The notes below the pieces were generated by a model, which saw only the letters and a list, made by a program, of their open reading frames with translations, searched no databases and had not been told where the DNA came from. The position numbers and the translations under genes were made by a program. Source: Hypanus sabinus (lineage: Eukaryota). From it: DNA of 64,000 nt. Location of the stretch: NCBI RefSeq assembly GCF_030144855.1, contig NC_082735.1, positions 37,138,001 to 37,202,000 of the forward strand, in the 5' to 3' direction. This document shows positions 24,956 to 37,917 of this stretch, in pieces. How positions within the stretch are numbered: the stretch's first letter is position 1; the number at the start of each line of letters is the position of its first letter.

Positions 24956-25903
24956 TGGATTCATAATAAGCAAATGAAAACATTACAGGCTCACATTAAG
25001 AAACATCATTGAAAAGGAGACACAATGAAGCTGCCCTTCCACAAAAGGAACCTGTTCAAATTTTGGCAAGGATAGGCAAGGAGGTTACAATTAAAGGAGT
25101 AAAATCACCAGTGAATAGCAAGATGTGCAGCATCCAAAAAGAGGAGACATTAATCTTTTGTTGACTTTTTCATTACTAAGAGTGAAGGAGAGTCTCAAGA
25201 TGCAGACCTTTCCCCCCAAATGCTGATGCATCCGCTGTTCATTTCCAACCACTTGTTATTTTGCATCAGTCTGCACCATCTGGAGTTGTTGATTTCTCAC
25301 CTATTATACCAGCAGTGATTGCTTCCCAAATTTCTCTCCAATTATCCAAAGCAACAATGCAAGAGTACAACTTTTGTTAAGTGATCTTGTCACCCACTGC
25401 TACTTGTCCTTCAAAATCTTTTCTTTAAGATTAAACAACTCCAACCTCTTTCAGGTAAAGGAATCAAATGTGGATGCCATGTACAAAATATGGCTCAAGT
25501 TAAACCGAATCAATTCACTTTGTTTTACAAATGCCAGCAGTGGCTAATTCGTGATAAGCAATTTTAAGAATGTGGATCTAGTACATACTTTGCATTCAAT
25601 TACATCAGAAAACCAAAGACTGCATCTTCATTACAAGTTGCTTTGAGAAGGGGCAAACAATGTGAGATGATTACATGCTACTCAAACACTTGGTTAAAAG
25701 CAGCGTACAAAATGAAGGAAACCGGAGCGGATTCTAATCCACGGCTGGAACAGAGCACAGAGAACGCATCATAATATTGCATTCCTTCCTTTAAAAAATC
25801 ATGTCAAAATTCATACCTTTTACACTTAACTACATTTTGGTAACAGTACATTCAGATACAGCCAAGCGATTATTTTTAAAGCTCAAATGTTTGCTTTGTG
25901 TCT

Positions 25904-26625
25904 TTAATTTTCCTCATTTCCCTCATCCTGCTGATCCTCATGGGCCACAATTTCAATGGCTTGTATTTGGGCTTCATTGTCCGTGTCAGGCGTCTTGTCA
26001 TCACAATCTGCTTCTGCCACACCATCTTGGTCTGAATCCATGGCCGGCCCAGGGTGAATTTCGATCACAGTCTGTGATTCTGCTGTCGACTGGTCAACAC
26101 TATGGCTCTGAACGACAGAGGCCAGACCAGAGTCCACTGTGACCAGCTCCACGGGGCTGACACTGACACCAGCCATTGTCGTGATGGCATTGCTGTCTTG
26201 GATGGCGGCCGTGCTCAGCAGGGCAAGGCTGGAGGCAGGATGAATGGTAACCGTGTCAGAGGTAGTTGTCTTGGGCGCACTGACTACGGCAGCATATCTG
26301 GTGAAAAGCTGTGATCCACCTGACAGTGTGTGGACAGTGACAGGGCTGGATTGCTGAGCAATGGCCACGGGCATGGTCGTGACATTGGCAACAGAAAAGT
26401 TTGTTCCTATTGGTGTGATCGCAATAGGCGATAAGACAGTGAACTGGGGCTGTTGAACCGGTGTGGTTGGGGTCAAAATGCTGGCAGAGGCAGGTCTCTG
26501 GAGTCGAGGGCGCTTGTTGGGTTTGGGAGTAGCAATTGGCATCAGCACCACATTTTGTAACGTTTGGTTTTTCAATTTTTGTTCCTTGGCTCGTCTCCTC
26601 TGCTCCTCCAGCTGACGTTCCAGTT
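25904..26625 (-). CDS. GMEB1: GMEB1 last coding exon (coiled coil ELERQLEEQ, KRPRLQRPAS, S/T-rich and acidic C-terminus), TAA stop
   Basis: AATAG| acceptor; open to TAA at 25906-25904. Extensive similarity to the human GMEB1 C-terminus (QNVVLMP, DTVTIHP, VSPVELV). Confidence 0.95.
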
Positions 26626-28060
26626 CTATTGTTAGGAATTGGGAAAAGGAAAACAAGTGTTTTTTCCAATATCAAAATGGTAACATTGCCAACTGCATAT
26701 GCCCCTACTACACCTCATGCTTGGGGCTCAACACATGCAAAATTGTAGGAACTAAAAAATTATTGGGTATAATTAAAAAGTTCAAATGTATACACCAGAG
26801 AGCAACTTTCTTCACATTCATAGTAAATACGAGAAACAATAGCATCAATTAAAAACTGCACTCAGCAAGACGGACAACCTTTCTGCAAAAGACAAACTGT
26901 GCAAATACAAAAAGAAAGAAAATAAATTAATAACGAGAACATGAGATGAAGAGTCCCTGGAAGTGAGTCCACAAATTGTGGGGAAAAACTCAGTGATGGG
27001 GTGAATCAAAGTGTAGTGAACTATTAAAACTAATATTCAGAAGAGATTTAACCTGAATATAAAAGATCCCACTAATATATGTAACAGTACGTACCTGTAT
27101 TCAAGAGCATTTTACAATCCTTCTGCCTTCAAGGTTCTTTGTTTACTTCCTGTTATCTGAAACCTTCGCCAATCCATCGACCACTCCCCCTCCAGTTTTT
27201 GTCACTTGTACACCTTTGTAGCCTTCCATTCAGCCCCTGAGCCTGAAGCTCTGAAATGCCCTTTATTAACTTGCACACTTCTAATTCACTCAAGATTCTT
27301 TAAAGTCTGTTTCTGAGTTTTTGAACAATTGCCTTAATGTCTATGTCATGCCATGTCAGAATTTATTTTGACAGTTCTCCTACTATGTAAATGGGATGTT
27401 TTGTGTTAAACCTGTGATATTTTGTAAATTGAATGGGAGGTGTCAGTTACTGAAATGTTAGAATTTGTCAGAGAAGCTGATAAATCAATGATCCCAATCA
27501 GATTGGATGGCAAATCTTTAATATTAAGAGTACTTAAGATTCAGAAGCCTAACAGAGTGCTTTATCATTGCCAATGGAACATAAAGAACCCTAGTTGAAG
27601 GGCTTATCTAACCAAAATGAATGCCATCCCTAGGAATAGGTACTATATTTTGAGAGTTCAGCTAATTAATAATCTCTATTCACACTTCAGAGTGAATTTG
27701 TCTTTAGTTTTCAGCAGTTAAAAGTGCAAAAATCACCAAGTAAATTGTCCTCAGTAAGACAACCTAACTATTCCAGATCTTAACTCTACAGAGTACCTCA
27801 AGTAATAAAAGTGACCAGAACTGACAAAAGTGGGAGTCTGTTGCTTTCAGCTTCCCTTAATGGCAATGTTCTTCAATGTCTGACTCTAATTTGATTGGTA
27901 CAATAACAAGTGGCTTGGTATTTCTTGAAGCTAGAACTACCCTGCAAAATTCTTAGCAGTGTCAGCAGATGCCCAAGAAATGACATATTTGCCCCTTTCG
28001 TCCTAAAGCAAGAGTACAACCTAATGAATTCCTTCATTATAGGTTGAAAAAGTAACTTAC

Positions 28061-28183
28061 CAGCAAGATCATTATGAATCTGTTCTTGGCTTTGATCAGT
28101 CTGACTCTTCCTGTTGTCTAATACTTTCTTCACAGTCTCTAGGAGACCAAAAGTGTGTGCCATGTTGTTCAGAACTGCAGCAT
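28061..28183 (-). CDS. GMEB1: GMEB1 coding exon 8 (DAAVLNNMAHTFGLLETVKKVLDNRKSQ...NDLA)
   Basis: GTTTCAG| acceptor and |GTAAGT donor; matches human DAAVLNNVAHTFGLMDTVKKVLDNRR. Confidence 0.95.
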
Positions 28184-28719
28184 CTGAAACCGAAACGTAA
28201 AATATTCCGCTATGTTGTTCTAACCCCAAACCAGAGCTCAGCTTCAGAATAAAGGTTCAAGCTATCATGGTAGATGCAAGTAATGTATTCACTCAAGGCG
28301 GCTGGATTTTTAAAAAATTAACTAGAGGGCTACAGATGCTGAAGTATTGAATGTTCTCAAGGTAGAGATGACTGGATTTTGAGAATGAGAAACTCAGCAA
28401 GGAAAGAGCAGTTGAAGCTGAAGATCTGTCAGAGAGGTGTAACATAAACAGGTCCACTAATTCCATGTTGGTCTATTAAACATTTACAACAATTGCAACC
28501 CTGCAATTCCCCCTGCCCCCCAGATTCTACCATAACACACCGGGAAGAATTTGCTGTAACCAATTAACTAGCAACCCACACGGCTTTGGGATGAGAGAAG
28601 AAATCAGAAGAACTTTGTAGTTCTAGGAGGAAGATGCAAACTTCACAAGGACAGCACCCAAAGTCAGGATTGAGCCCAGGTCCAGCACTGTGAGGTTGTG
28701 AAGTTACCAAATGTGCTAG

Positions 28720-29180
28720 TGCATCTCTTAACACTTGTCTGGATTAGATTACACTTGCTATTTCCCTGTCCACATTTTCAATTGGTCTACATCTCGCTGA
28801 ATATTTTGCCAGCCTTTCTCATTATCCACAACTCTGCCATGTGGGTTAACTTCAAACTTACTAGTCAGTCCACATACATTTTCACCCAAATCGTTTGACT
28901 AGGTCTTGTGGAACACTACTGGTCATAGATGTCCAATCAGAAGAACACTCCTTCACTACTACCTTCAGTCTTTTATGGCTAAGCAAATTTTGAATCCAGT
29001 GCACTAAGTCTCCATGGATCCCACATGCCTTAATCTTCTCAATCAGCCTACCCTGAGGTACTTTATTGCAGCTCACTGCCCTAGCCTCAAATCACCTTCA
29101 TCACCTCTTCAAAAACCTCAAACTTTCAAGATATAACCTCCCATCACAAGGGCTATCCCTAATAAGCCTTTTCCAACCTT
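28720..29180 (-). mobile_element. Decayed CR1 RT fragment
   Basis: ORF 28882..29076 (KVPQGRLIEKIK...WIQNLL...TSSVPQ). Confidence 0.75.
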
Positions 29181-29909
29181 AAACATTCACAGCCAATTAG
29201 GTATACTAACAGAGTTATGGTTTATCTCAACTTGTCAATACCAATATATTTTGGATTCTAATTTAGAAACTACCCACTAATGAATCAAGAATTCTTCCAA
29301 AACACCAGATATACACATATTAACAGCCCAAACAAGGGAAAATGCAAAGTCTCAAAAGTTTAGTCAAAGTGCCATACATGGCATGTTTTTTTTTTAATCA
29401 GCTCTAGCCTAGTCTAGACACCACTAAATTAAACCTCATACTAGAAAAAGAAACCAAATAATTGAACATTTTCAACACTTATAGATGTTTAGATTCCATC
29501 ATGTACAAAGTGGTCCAAGACAATTCAAGATATGAGGAAACTGGCAGCAAACTAATAATTAAATAGATTTCAGGAGGTGGTATTAAATGTGCTTGGAGTA
29601 GTTAACTAGTCATAATGAGACAATCAATAGGAATAGGGATGAACTGGAGTTTATGACTAACAGCTTTATAGTAATTTATCCTCTATTAAAAATACTAAAT
29701 TATCTGAACAATAAAGTGATTAGACAAGTTGGTGGATCTAAGTGGGAAGTGAAGGGAAGGGTTAGATTAATCTTAGAGTAGGTTAAAGAGTCAGCACAAC
29801 ATATTGGACTGAAGGTTCTATGTCTGCAAGATCCTAAGCAGGAACTAGGCTGAAAACCACTTTTGCAAAGACAGTACTCTTATGTGAAGCATGACACTCC
29901 TCTACTTAC

Positions 29910-30047
29910 CCGTAATTTGAAGTGGAGTTTGACCCATCCGTTGCTGAACACCAGATAGCATCTCCATCAGCTCCTTTTGAATATTGGTGACAACTTCCCC
30001 CAGCAAACCCACATCTGCTATTCCTTTCCAGAAAGCCAAAGTATCCT
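29910..30047 (-). CDS. GMEB1: GMEB1 coding exon 7 (EDTLAFWKGIADVGLLGEVVTNIQKEL...QTPLQIT)
   Basis: GCTGCAG| acceptor and |GTAAGT donor; FWKGIADVGL conserved. Confidence 0.95.
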
Positions 30048-30099
30048 CTGCAGCAAGTAAAACAAGTCTATAAATTTGATATTCTCCCAGCACCAGATC

Positions 30100-30665
30100 A
30101 GATAATGAAAAGGATGTAATGCTGAGACTTTTGACATTTTTCAGACCACGGCTGGAATACTGTGAGCAGTTTTGGGTTCCATATCTAAGAAAGGATGTTC
30201 TGGCATTGGAAAGGTTCACAGACAGTTTACGAGAATGATCTCCACAATAAAAAGGTTAATGTATGAGGAGCACTTGACAGGCTGGGCCTATACTTGCTGG
30301 AGTTTAAAAGAATGGGGCACAGGGGTGGGAAGGGGGTAATTTCATTGAAAACTGGTACCAATAGTGGGACAATCTAGGACCAGAGGACGAATAACACAAG
30401 GACAAACTTTTAGGACAGATAAGGAGAAATTTCTTTAGCCAGAGGATAATGGATCTGTAGAATTCATTGCCACAGATGGCAGTGGAGGCAAGTCACTGGG
30501 TATATTTAAAGCGGAGGTTGATAGGTTCTTGATTAGTAAGGGTGTCAGAGGCTACCAGAAAAAGGCAGGAGAGTGGAGTTGAGAAGGATAACAAATCAGC
30601 TATGATCATATGTTGGAGTTGACTCAATGAACTGAATAGCCTAATTCTGCTCATATGCTTTAATG
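30100..30665 (+). mobile_element. Decayed CR1 3' fragment, antisense to GMEB1, starting about 50 bp from the exon 7 acceptor
   Basis: AGACCACGGCTGGAATACTGTGAGCAGTTTTGG (RPxLEYCEQFW) and CR1 3' UTR. Confidence 0.8.
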
Positions 30666-31068
30666 TAGTATATTACTTTAGCAGCCAATAATCACGGTGA
30701 ATGCAAAACGAACATTCCACTTCTTTGACCAATGTGAGCAGTAAAAACCTCAAAACAATAACTGCATAAAACATTGCCAGTATGCTGTAGTGTATGGTTC
30801 AATTTGTACCTCATTTCAATACTTGGCTATGTAGAATGAACAGAAAATCCCATCTCCTGATTTTCCATTAGTTTGAGTAGCGAATCAGTTGTGGAACAAA
30901 TTTATGGTGAGTCGGGGGGGGGGGGGGGGAGAGAGGGGGTGGTGTCAGATGCATTAAGCTCTTAAACAGTGCAACATTTTGATTTTAATAGGGTCACATA
31001 CAACTTTCTTGAAAAAAAAAGGATTAAAAAAATAATTAATGTAATATGAAACACAAAGAAAACATTTA

Positions 31069-31958
31069 AACATAGAAAACCTACAGAACAACACAGGCCC
31101 TTCGGCCCACAAAACTGTGCCGAACATGTCATGTCCTTACCTTAGAAATTACCTAGGGTTAGGGTTACCCATAGCCCTCTATTTTTCTAAGGTCCATGTA
31201 CCCATCCAGGAGTCCCTTAAAAGACCCTATCATATCCGCCTCCACCACTGTCGCTGACAGCCCAGTCCATGTACTCACCACTTGTTGTGTAAAAAAACCT
31301 ACCTAACATCTACCTCCAAGCACCTTAAAACTGTGCCCCCTCATGCTAGCCATTTCAGCCCTGGGGAAAAAGCCTCTGACTATCCACACAATCAATGTCA
31401 TCTTATACACCTCTATCAAGTCACCTCTCGCCCTCCATCACTCCCAAGGAAAAAAGGCCAAGTTCACTCAACCCACTCTCATAAGGCATGCTCCCCAATC
31501 CAGGCAACATCTTTGTAAATCCCCCCTGCACTCTTTCTATGGTTTCCACATCCTTCCTGTAGTGAGGTGACCAGAATTGAGCACAGTACTCCAAGTGGGG
31601 TCTGACCAGGGTCCTATATAGCTGCAACATTACTTCTCAGCTCCTAAACTCATTCCCACGATTGATGAAGGCCAATGCACCATATGTTTTCTTAACCACA
31701 GAGTCAACCTGCACAGCAACTTTGAGTGTCCTATGGACTCGGACCCCAAGATCCCTCTGATCCTCCACAATGTTAAGAGTCTTACCATTAATACCATACT
31801 CTGCTTTCATATTTGACCTACTAAAATGAATCACCTCACACTAATCTGGGTTGAACTCCCCCGCCACTTCTCAGCCCAGTTTTGCATCCTATCAATGTCC
31901 CGCTGTAACGTCTGACAGCCCTCCACACTATCCACAACACCTCCAACCTTAGTGTCAT
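31069..31958 (-). mobile_element. CR1 LINE 3' fragment
   Basis: ORFs 31637..31834 and 31421..31630 (LYRTLVRPHLEYCAQFWSP); same subfamily as 61762-62344. Confidence 0.9.
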
Positions 31959-33392
31959 AAACAAATGCTTTCACTTTTGAATATTTCTGATTATGAGAGC
32001 TATTTTAAAACAGTTTGAAGGGTGCTGTTAATATCAAACTGTCAAAAGGCCAAAGTCAGTTCAGGGATATAGCTTCAGTTTCTACTGCTTTGCAACAGTG
32101 AGGTCCAAGCTACCCAAGGACACCCAGGCTACAAAGAACAGCACAAGCAGCAAGTGAGTAGGTACAATTCAGCCTAATGATATTAAAAATTATCACTATT
32201 CGTATCCACTGGCTTACTACAGTTGTGCTCTGCCATTTCCTCCACAGGTCTGGAGCATTGAACACAATTGCAGCATCCTGCTGCTACATAATATCAAAGC
32301 GATTGGATCAGAGCATACTAGAGATTGAACCAGAAAGTGGTTTAATGGCCTATCAATGAATTCACTGGGCACTCACTGAAACTTCTGAACTCTTTATAAT
32401 TTTGTGTAGAAACACAACTGGAAAGGAAGTATTTACATGGCTATACGGGAAGAAATAGAAAGGGAAGACCAAGTGATAATTCCTCTTAAAGACCCTGCAC
32501 AAGAACAGAGCCAAATGGCCTCCTTTGGAGAATGACTGTTTCTACACATTATGCCTTGGCATTGTTTTTTCAACTCGGGTTCACTGAATTTTATAATTTC
32601 ACATTTAAGTATGGACTATGAACGTGCACTGGCTCAGGCTTACTGAGCATCCGGCCAAGACCCATCGGTTGCTTTATGCTTTCAGCAGTAACACCTTAGT
32701 CAAAAGCATTGAAACCTAATAGAATGACCCTAAATATATTTAAAATTATGCCTTTTCAGATCCAAGGACTTGCCTGAGGAGGTCACCAGAAATGAATTAT
32801 TTTTGAAGTGCTGCCATTTACACTATGTAGGCAGTTAATGCACAGCAGTCACTTAAATAAATGAGATTAAAATCAAAACCTGTCTTGGTGGTGTCATCTT
32901 AATGAAAGATATTGGGCAAGAAATCAGTAGAGGTAAATGAGACATCAACAATGTCTTCTTCAAAGACAATACCTCTTTGATAAGGCAGCACTCTCTCAAC
33001 ACTGCTTATTGTGTTCAGATGCTGGACAGAGACATTGACCACAGCATTGTATTATCAACAGATACAACTTTATTCTTCTTCTTGGGCAGTCCCTTGGGAT
33101 GGAGGATGATTTGCTTCCACAGCAGACTTGTGGCTTCTAAGGTAAGTGGAGAGGCCAGTTGACTTTAATCCTTTCCTACTCAAGATAAACCGAAAGGAGA
33201 GAGAATTTAAGTATGAACTTGATGGCCTTTACAGTTACTGGGAAAGTGCTTGTATTTGCTTCAGCATTATGGGAGACTGCACTTTATAACCGGAGCAGGC
33301 AAACAATTTCATTGAAAAAACTTATCATTCCAACAAAGGCAATCAAGACAACTACTAACTCAAAAGGATCCTGTCTGAAACCTGAAAATTAC

Positions 33393-33518
33393 CAGAGATT
33401 TCTTCACCATCTTTCCTGTTTAGATCCTCTGTAGTAACTGCCACTGTGGTAAGAGCTGGACTCCACTCAATGCATTCTTCAGTATTGTCTTCAGATACAG
33501 TGATGTGTGTCCCATTGC
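33393..33518 (-). CDS. GMEB1: GMEB1 coding exon 6 (NGTHITVSEDNTEECIEWSPALTTVAVTTEDLNRKDGEEIS)
   Basis: TTTTTCAG| acceptor and |GTAATT donor; phase 1/1; resembles human LEWNSALTAAV...KKDSEEIS. Confidence 0.9.
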
Positions 33519-35039
33519 CTGAAAAATCAACAGTCCTTAGAGTATACAATTTAACTAAATGTTACCAAATTGAAGCCCTTTCCTCAGAGTCAGATTGCTT
33601 TATTTACAACCTGCCTGCACCACTCTTTACCAACTCACACAATCCTAAATATGGAAATGGAAACCAGAAAAAAACTAGCTGATTCATCAAGTCTGCACCA
33701 TACTCATGATACCTAGAGCAATATAACAATTCAATTCACTGCCAACATACATCTAATTTAAAGTCACGGTAAAAAACCGACCAATACTTGGTTGGAGTGG
33801 TCAGGAGAGGGCAAGTTATCTTGGGAAATTCCTTTCTGACCCACTTAAGCAATACAGTTAACTGCTAATTGACTTACCTTCTGTATGATGTGATCTGAGT
33901 CCCAGCCAGGGATCGGTCCAGCTCTCTCTCTTTCTCTGACGAAGGCCTGCAGAGAGTCAGCACCCAGCACACCAACCGGCAATGCATCCCAGAAGCTCAC
34001 TACTCTCTAGGAAAAAAGAGAACCACCTAACATCTAGCCTATTCCTACTTTATGTGTAGTTTAATTGCATAACTCCAGTCCACCCCAATCTATCAAACTG
34101 CAATGATCCATCTTAAATACACAATTCTAACCTGTAAATATTTTCTGTACTTCAGTAAGTAATCTACATGAAAAACTATGCAGAGTTCTGTATGACTGAG
34201 CCAGAAGGTCCAATATCCACTGAAACAACACATTACACAGCTGACAAACAAATGTTAAAGAATGAGGTAGGCAGGGGATGCCATAAGGTCCAATTTGCTA
34301 ACATTAGGCAGCCCCTCAACCAGATATTCCAGCCAGAGAATTCACTCTGCATTAGGCTTTAAAAAGCACAAGTATTGTAAATACATTTAGTCTGCATTAT
34401 CTCATATTATAATACAAGGCTGGGGCATAGGCAACCCAAGGAGTGGAGATCATATAATCTCCTTGCTGAATGCTGCCCTCTACCCTATATTGCTGGATGC
34501 AATAGTGTCCTGTTGTCATCAAGGTTCACTCATCACACTTTTAAGTGGCCTCAATAGTAAGTGAACCTTGTCCATGTAGGAATGGATTAATGTTGGTGAA
34601 CCAGGACAAAGACAACAGGTTTCCACCCCTAATTTATAATGACACCATAACTTCAGAGTTACTTAAAAAGAACAGCTCAAACTCTCAACCACCATGGTGC
34701 AGCCTGAATGCATGATCAGTGGAATAAAAGTTTACTATCATTATACAATATTGTGTTGAGACAGGTAAACAGTAAATGCCAAAAACATGAAATGCTGAGA
34801 CATACCACTTACTCAGCATTCCAACAGGATTTTTGCTGAAGACTTTCACATGAAACCTGACCATTCCAATCCCAGAGGTGTTTTTTTTTTGGGGTCACAC
34901 TCAACAAAGCTTGCATTTTATCAGGTTTATCAGCCTCCTTGTGGCTACTGAAATTGTGCACAATTCACAGCTCCCTAATGAATTTGCAACATCTCCATCA
35001 CTCAGTCCTTTCACTCCATCATTGTGGTGTTACACTTAC

Positions 35040-35197
35040 CTTCAATAGAGGTTGGAGTCTGGATCACATTGCTCTGCTGACTGGGAACTGGTGCCCTAGC
35101 ACTACTGATCAGAAGATCAAACTTCGTGCTGCGGCAGGTGTTGGTGCAGACTTTATCGTGTTGAAAAAAGTCCAACTGCCCAGAATCCATCATCTTC
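35040..35197 (-). CDS. GMEB1: GMEB1 coding exon 5 (KMMDSGQLDFFQHDKVCTNTCRSTKFDLLISSARAPVPSQQSNVIQTPTSIE)
   Basis: TAG| acceptor and |GTAAGT donor; GMEB zinc-binding motif HDKVCxNTC. Confidence 0.95.
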
Positions 35198-35650
35198 CTA
35201 CCAATGATGCAACCACATGTTAGACACACAATACATAGAGCCCCTTCTAGCACACTAAACACCAAGGTCTTTGATTTCCATTTTAGATTTTATCCTGTAA
35301 TATGATCTCGGCTGAGTTGGTACTCACTTTTGCTCCTTCCCCTTTTGATTGCAAAATAAAACAACAAAATCTGATAATTGCAACCTTCCAAATGGAAACG
35401 GTGGATATTGAAGAGAAAATTGCAGAGATCAAGAGATAAACTAAGGAGGAACTAAACAGTTTTTAAAATAGTATATTTGAAAGAAAAACAGATATTTACT
35501 GTGATAATCAGAATTAATGTTATTCTAATTGTTTTGATATATAGAGCAAATAGAAAAGATTTCCCTTTTGAGATGAGAAAATATTGCCTGCCTGAAAAAC
35601 TGGTCATTTGTTCCTGGTTATGGAACTCTTAACGTTTCTATAATCTACCA

Positions 35651-36465
35651 CAAGTTGATCTCCCCTTATCTGAAATTCAAAAACCTGATTCTTTTTTTTT
35701 TGAGCGCTGATGTCACAAATGGAAAATTCCACAAGATAAAGTTCCAGGCACCACTGACAGTTCTGAGAAGAGATCTCACATATGTAATGAACAGAAGTTA
35801 ATGAGAAATAGAAAAACACTGTAATAGAAAAGTGAAAAATTAAGATCTTGATTGTGTATTGAGAGAGTGGATTAGTGATGAAATGAAAATATGCTGCTTA
35901 ACAGTACGCTTATCATGAAACAAGCAAAGATCTACCACAACAAACTGAATATTGAAGTTAATTGTGAATATTCCGCAGCTGGTTACAGAAATTAAAAGAT
36001 ACTGCAGTAAATATTTAAGAATTTGTGGTGATAAGTTGCCTGCTGATCACAAAACAGCGGAGAAATTCTTTAATGAGTTTTCCAAGGTCGACATTGATTA
36101 AAACTTAACATGCTGAAAGGTTGCTTCAGTATACGTGTGATAAACAAGTGTAAGACAAAGACTGCTTACCAATAGCACATAAATTCAGAATCTGGAATGA
36201 TGGTGATACCAGTCACTGACTATCCACCTGAGGTAGTGATAACTTACCTTTCTGATGGCTCAATATACACATTGTTTCATGCACAAAGTTTAAAAAAAAA
36301 TAGATACCTGCAAAGTATATGTACAGCTGTATATGAAAATGTATATGGATTTTGTGTTTAAACTTGGATCTCCGAGGTATCTCATTATATAGGTGCATAT
36401 ATTCCAAAATCTGAAATCCAAAACACTTCCGACCACAAGCATGACAGATAAGGGGTGCTCAACTG
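35651..36465 (+). mobile_element. Tigger/Jerky-like DNA transposon relic (different family)
   Basis: TIRs CAAGTTGATCTCCCCTTATC ... GATAAGGGGTGCTCAACTG|TA; decayed CENP-B-type HTH coding remnant (LDCVLREWI, LIMKQAKIYH). Confidence 0.7.
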
Positions 36466-36883
36466 TAGTTTAAAAAGAAAGGGTCACTAAATTGATAAAG
36501 ATTAAGATCACAAAAAGCAATTTTAATGACATCTGGGACTATAGATTTTAATCCAATACCTGACTTTTCAATTTAAAAAGAAATAAGCTAGAAAATAAAA
36601 GACATACACAATCCATAGGATTATCATTATTTCATTCTAATTAAGCTCAACCTGAAACTTCCCTTCAAGGATTTCCTAGCGCTTTTAACCTGGTAGTGTG
36701 GAAAAGGGAGTACCATATTCTGATCACCTCACAATAACGCAGTAGTCATTCTTGACACAAAGACAGGCAGCTGCTTGGGTCCAGATCAGTGCAATCACCT
36801 CAGAAAGCTAGGGTGACTGCAAAGTTCTGGAAGACCAAAAATATGAAATGCATTTTTCACTTCATACTACATCAATTGCTTCA

Positions 36884-37447
36884 AAGACCATAAGACAAGT
36901 TATAGGAGCAGAATTAGGCTATTTGGCCCATTGAGCTTGCTTCATTTCAAATGGCTTCTCAGCCCCAATCTCCTGCCTTCTCCCCATATCTCTTCATGTC
37001 CCAAGTAATCAAGAATCTATCAATCTCTGCCTTAAATATACCCAGTGACTTGGACTCTAAAGCCACCCATGGCAACAAATTCCACAGATTCAATCTCTGG
37101 CTAAAGAAATTCCTCATCATCTCCATTCTAAATGGGTGCCCTTCTGTTCTGAGGCTGTGTCCTCTGGTCTTAGACTTCCCCACCACAGGAAATATCCGCT
37201 TCAAAACTACTCGATAGGTCTTCCAACCTTCAATAGATTTCAATCAGATCCCTTCTCGTTTTTCTGATTTCCAGTGAGTACAGCCCAGAGCCTTCAAACA
37301 CTTTGTATATAAGCCTTTAAATCCAGGAATCATTTTCATGAACCTCCTTTGAACCCTCTCCAAAGTCAGCACATCCTTTCTTAGACAAGGGCCAAAACTG
37401 CTCACAATATCTCAAATGAGGCCTCACCAGCACCTTACGAAGACATA
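36884..37447 (-). mobile_element. Decayed CR1 3' fragment
   Basis: ORFs 36959..37243 and 37317..37517 (LVRPHLRYCEQFW). Confidence 0.85.
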
Positions 37448-37700
37448 ACCTTATAGACCCTTCCACCTCACTGTCAAAAGCCTTCAGCTGTTGAATACAC
37501 TGACAATTCTGTAGCAATTGTTTTATCTGCTTTGCAAACTAAAATCCACACTACAGGCAAAGTAACAGTGATGGGCCAGAGTCCAAAACCATTTCAATGG
37601 ACTATGAAGAAATTCTGCAAACTAAACCAATGCATGATTAACATCAGAGCTCAACACCACAAAACAATTTATTGGGAATGGGATCAAGCATAGCTTGTGT

Positions 37701-37917
37701 TGTCATTGTTGAGTGCCATCAAGTCGCCATCGACTGATGACGAAGCTATGGATATAGTAGCTGTCTGTAGGGTCTTCTTGGCAAAATATAGAAGTAGATT
37801 GCCAAGCCTTTCTTCCATGCAGATACTGCTGTTGCCCAGGTTGGGACCTGGCCGGACTCAACTCAAAACCATCTGCCTTAAGGTCCAGTACTGATGCCAA
37901 TTCATCACCAGTCAGCC
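37701..37917 (-). mobile_element. tRNA-headed SINE with RTE-like 3' tail
   Basis: Head resembles the 18777 element. Body TTCTTGGCAAAATATAGAAGTAGATTGCC resembles RTE/BovB-type SINE tails. Degenerate 12-bp flanking duplication. Confidence 0.55.

Noticed and set aside
29902-30219. ORF apparently fusing a novel N-terminus to GMEB1 exon 7
   Set aside because: The extra part is antisense CR1 plus intron; a canonical acceptor at 30048 explains the real exon.
31151-31170. Extra TTAGGG unit in a CR1 tail relative to the copy near 62250 (possible telomerase addition)
   Set aside because: It is a simple 6-bp tandem duplication, and a 5-bp ATGTC duplication lies about 25 bp away, so slippage is more parsimonious.
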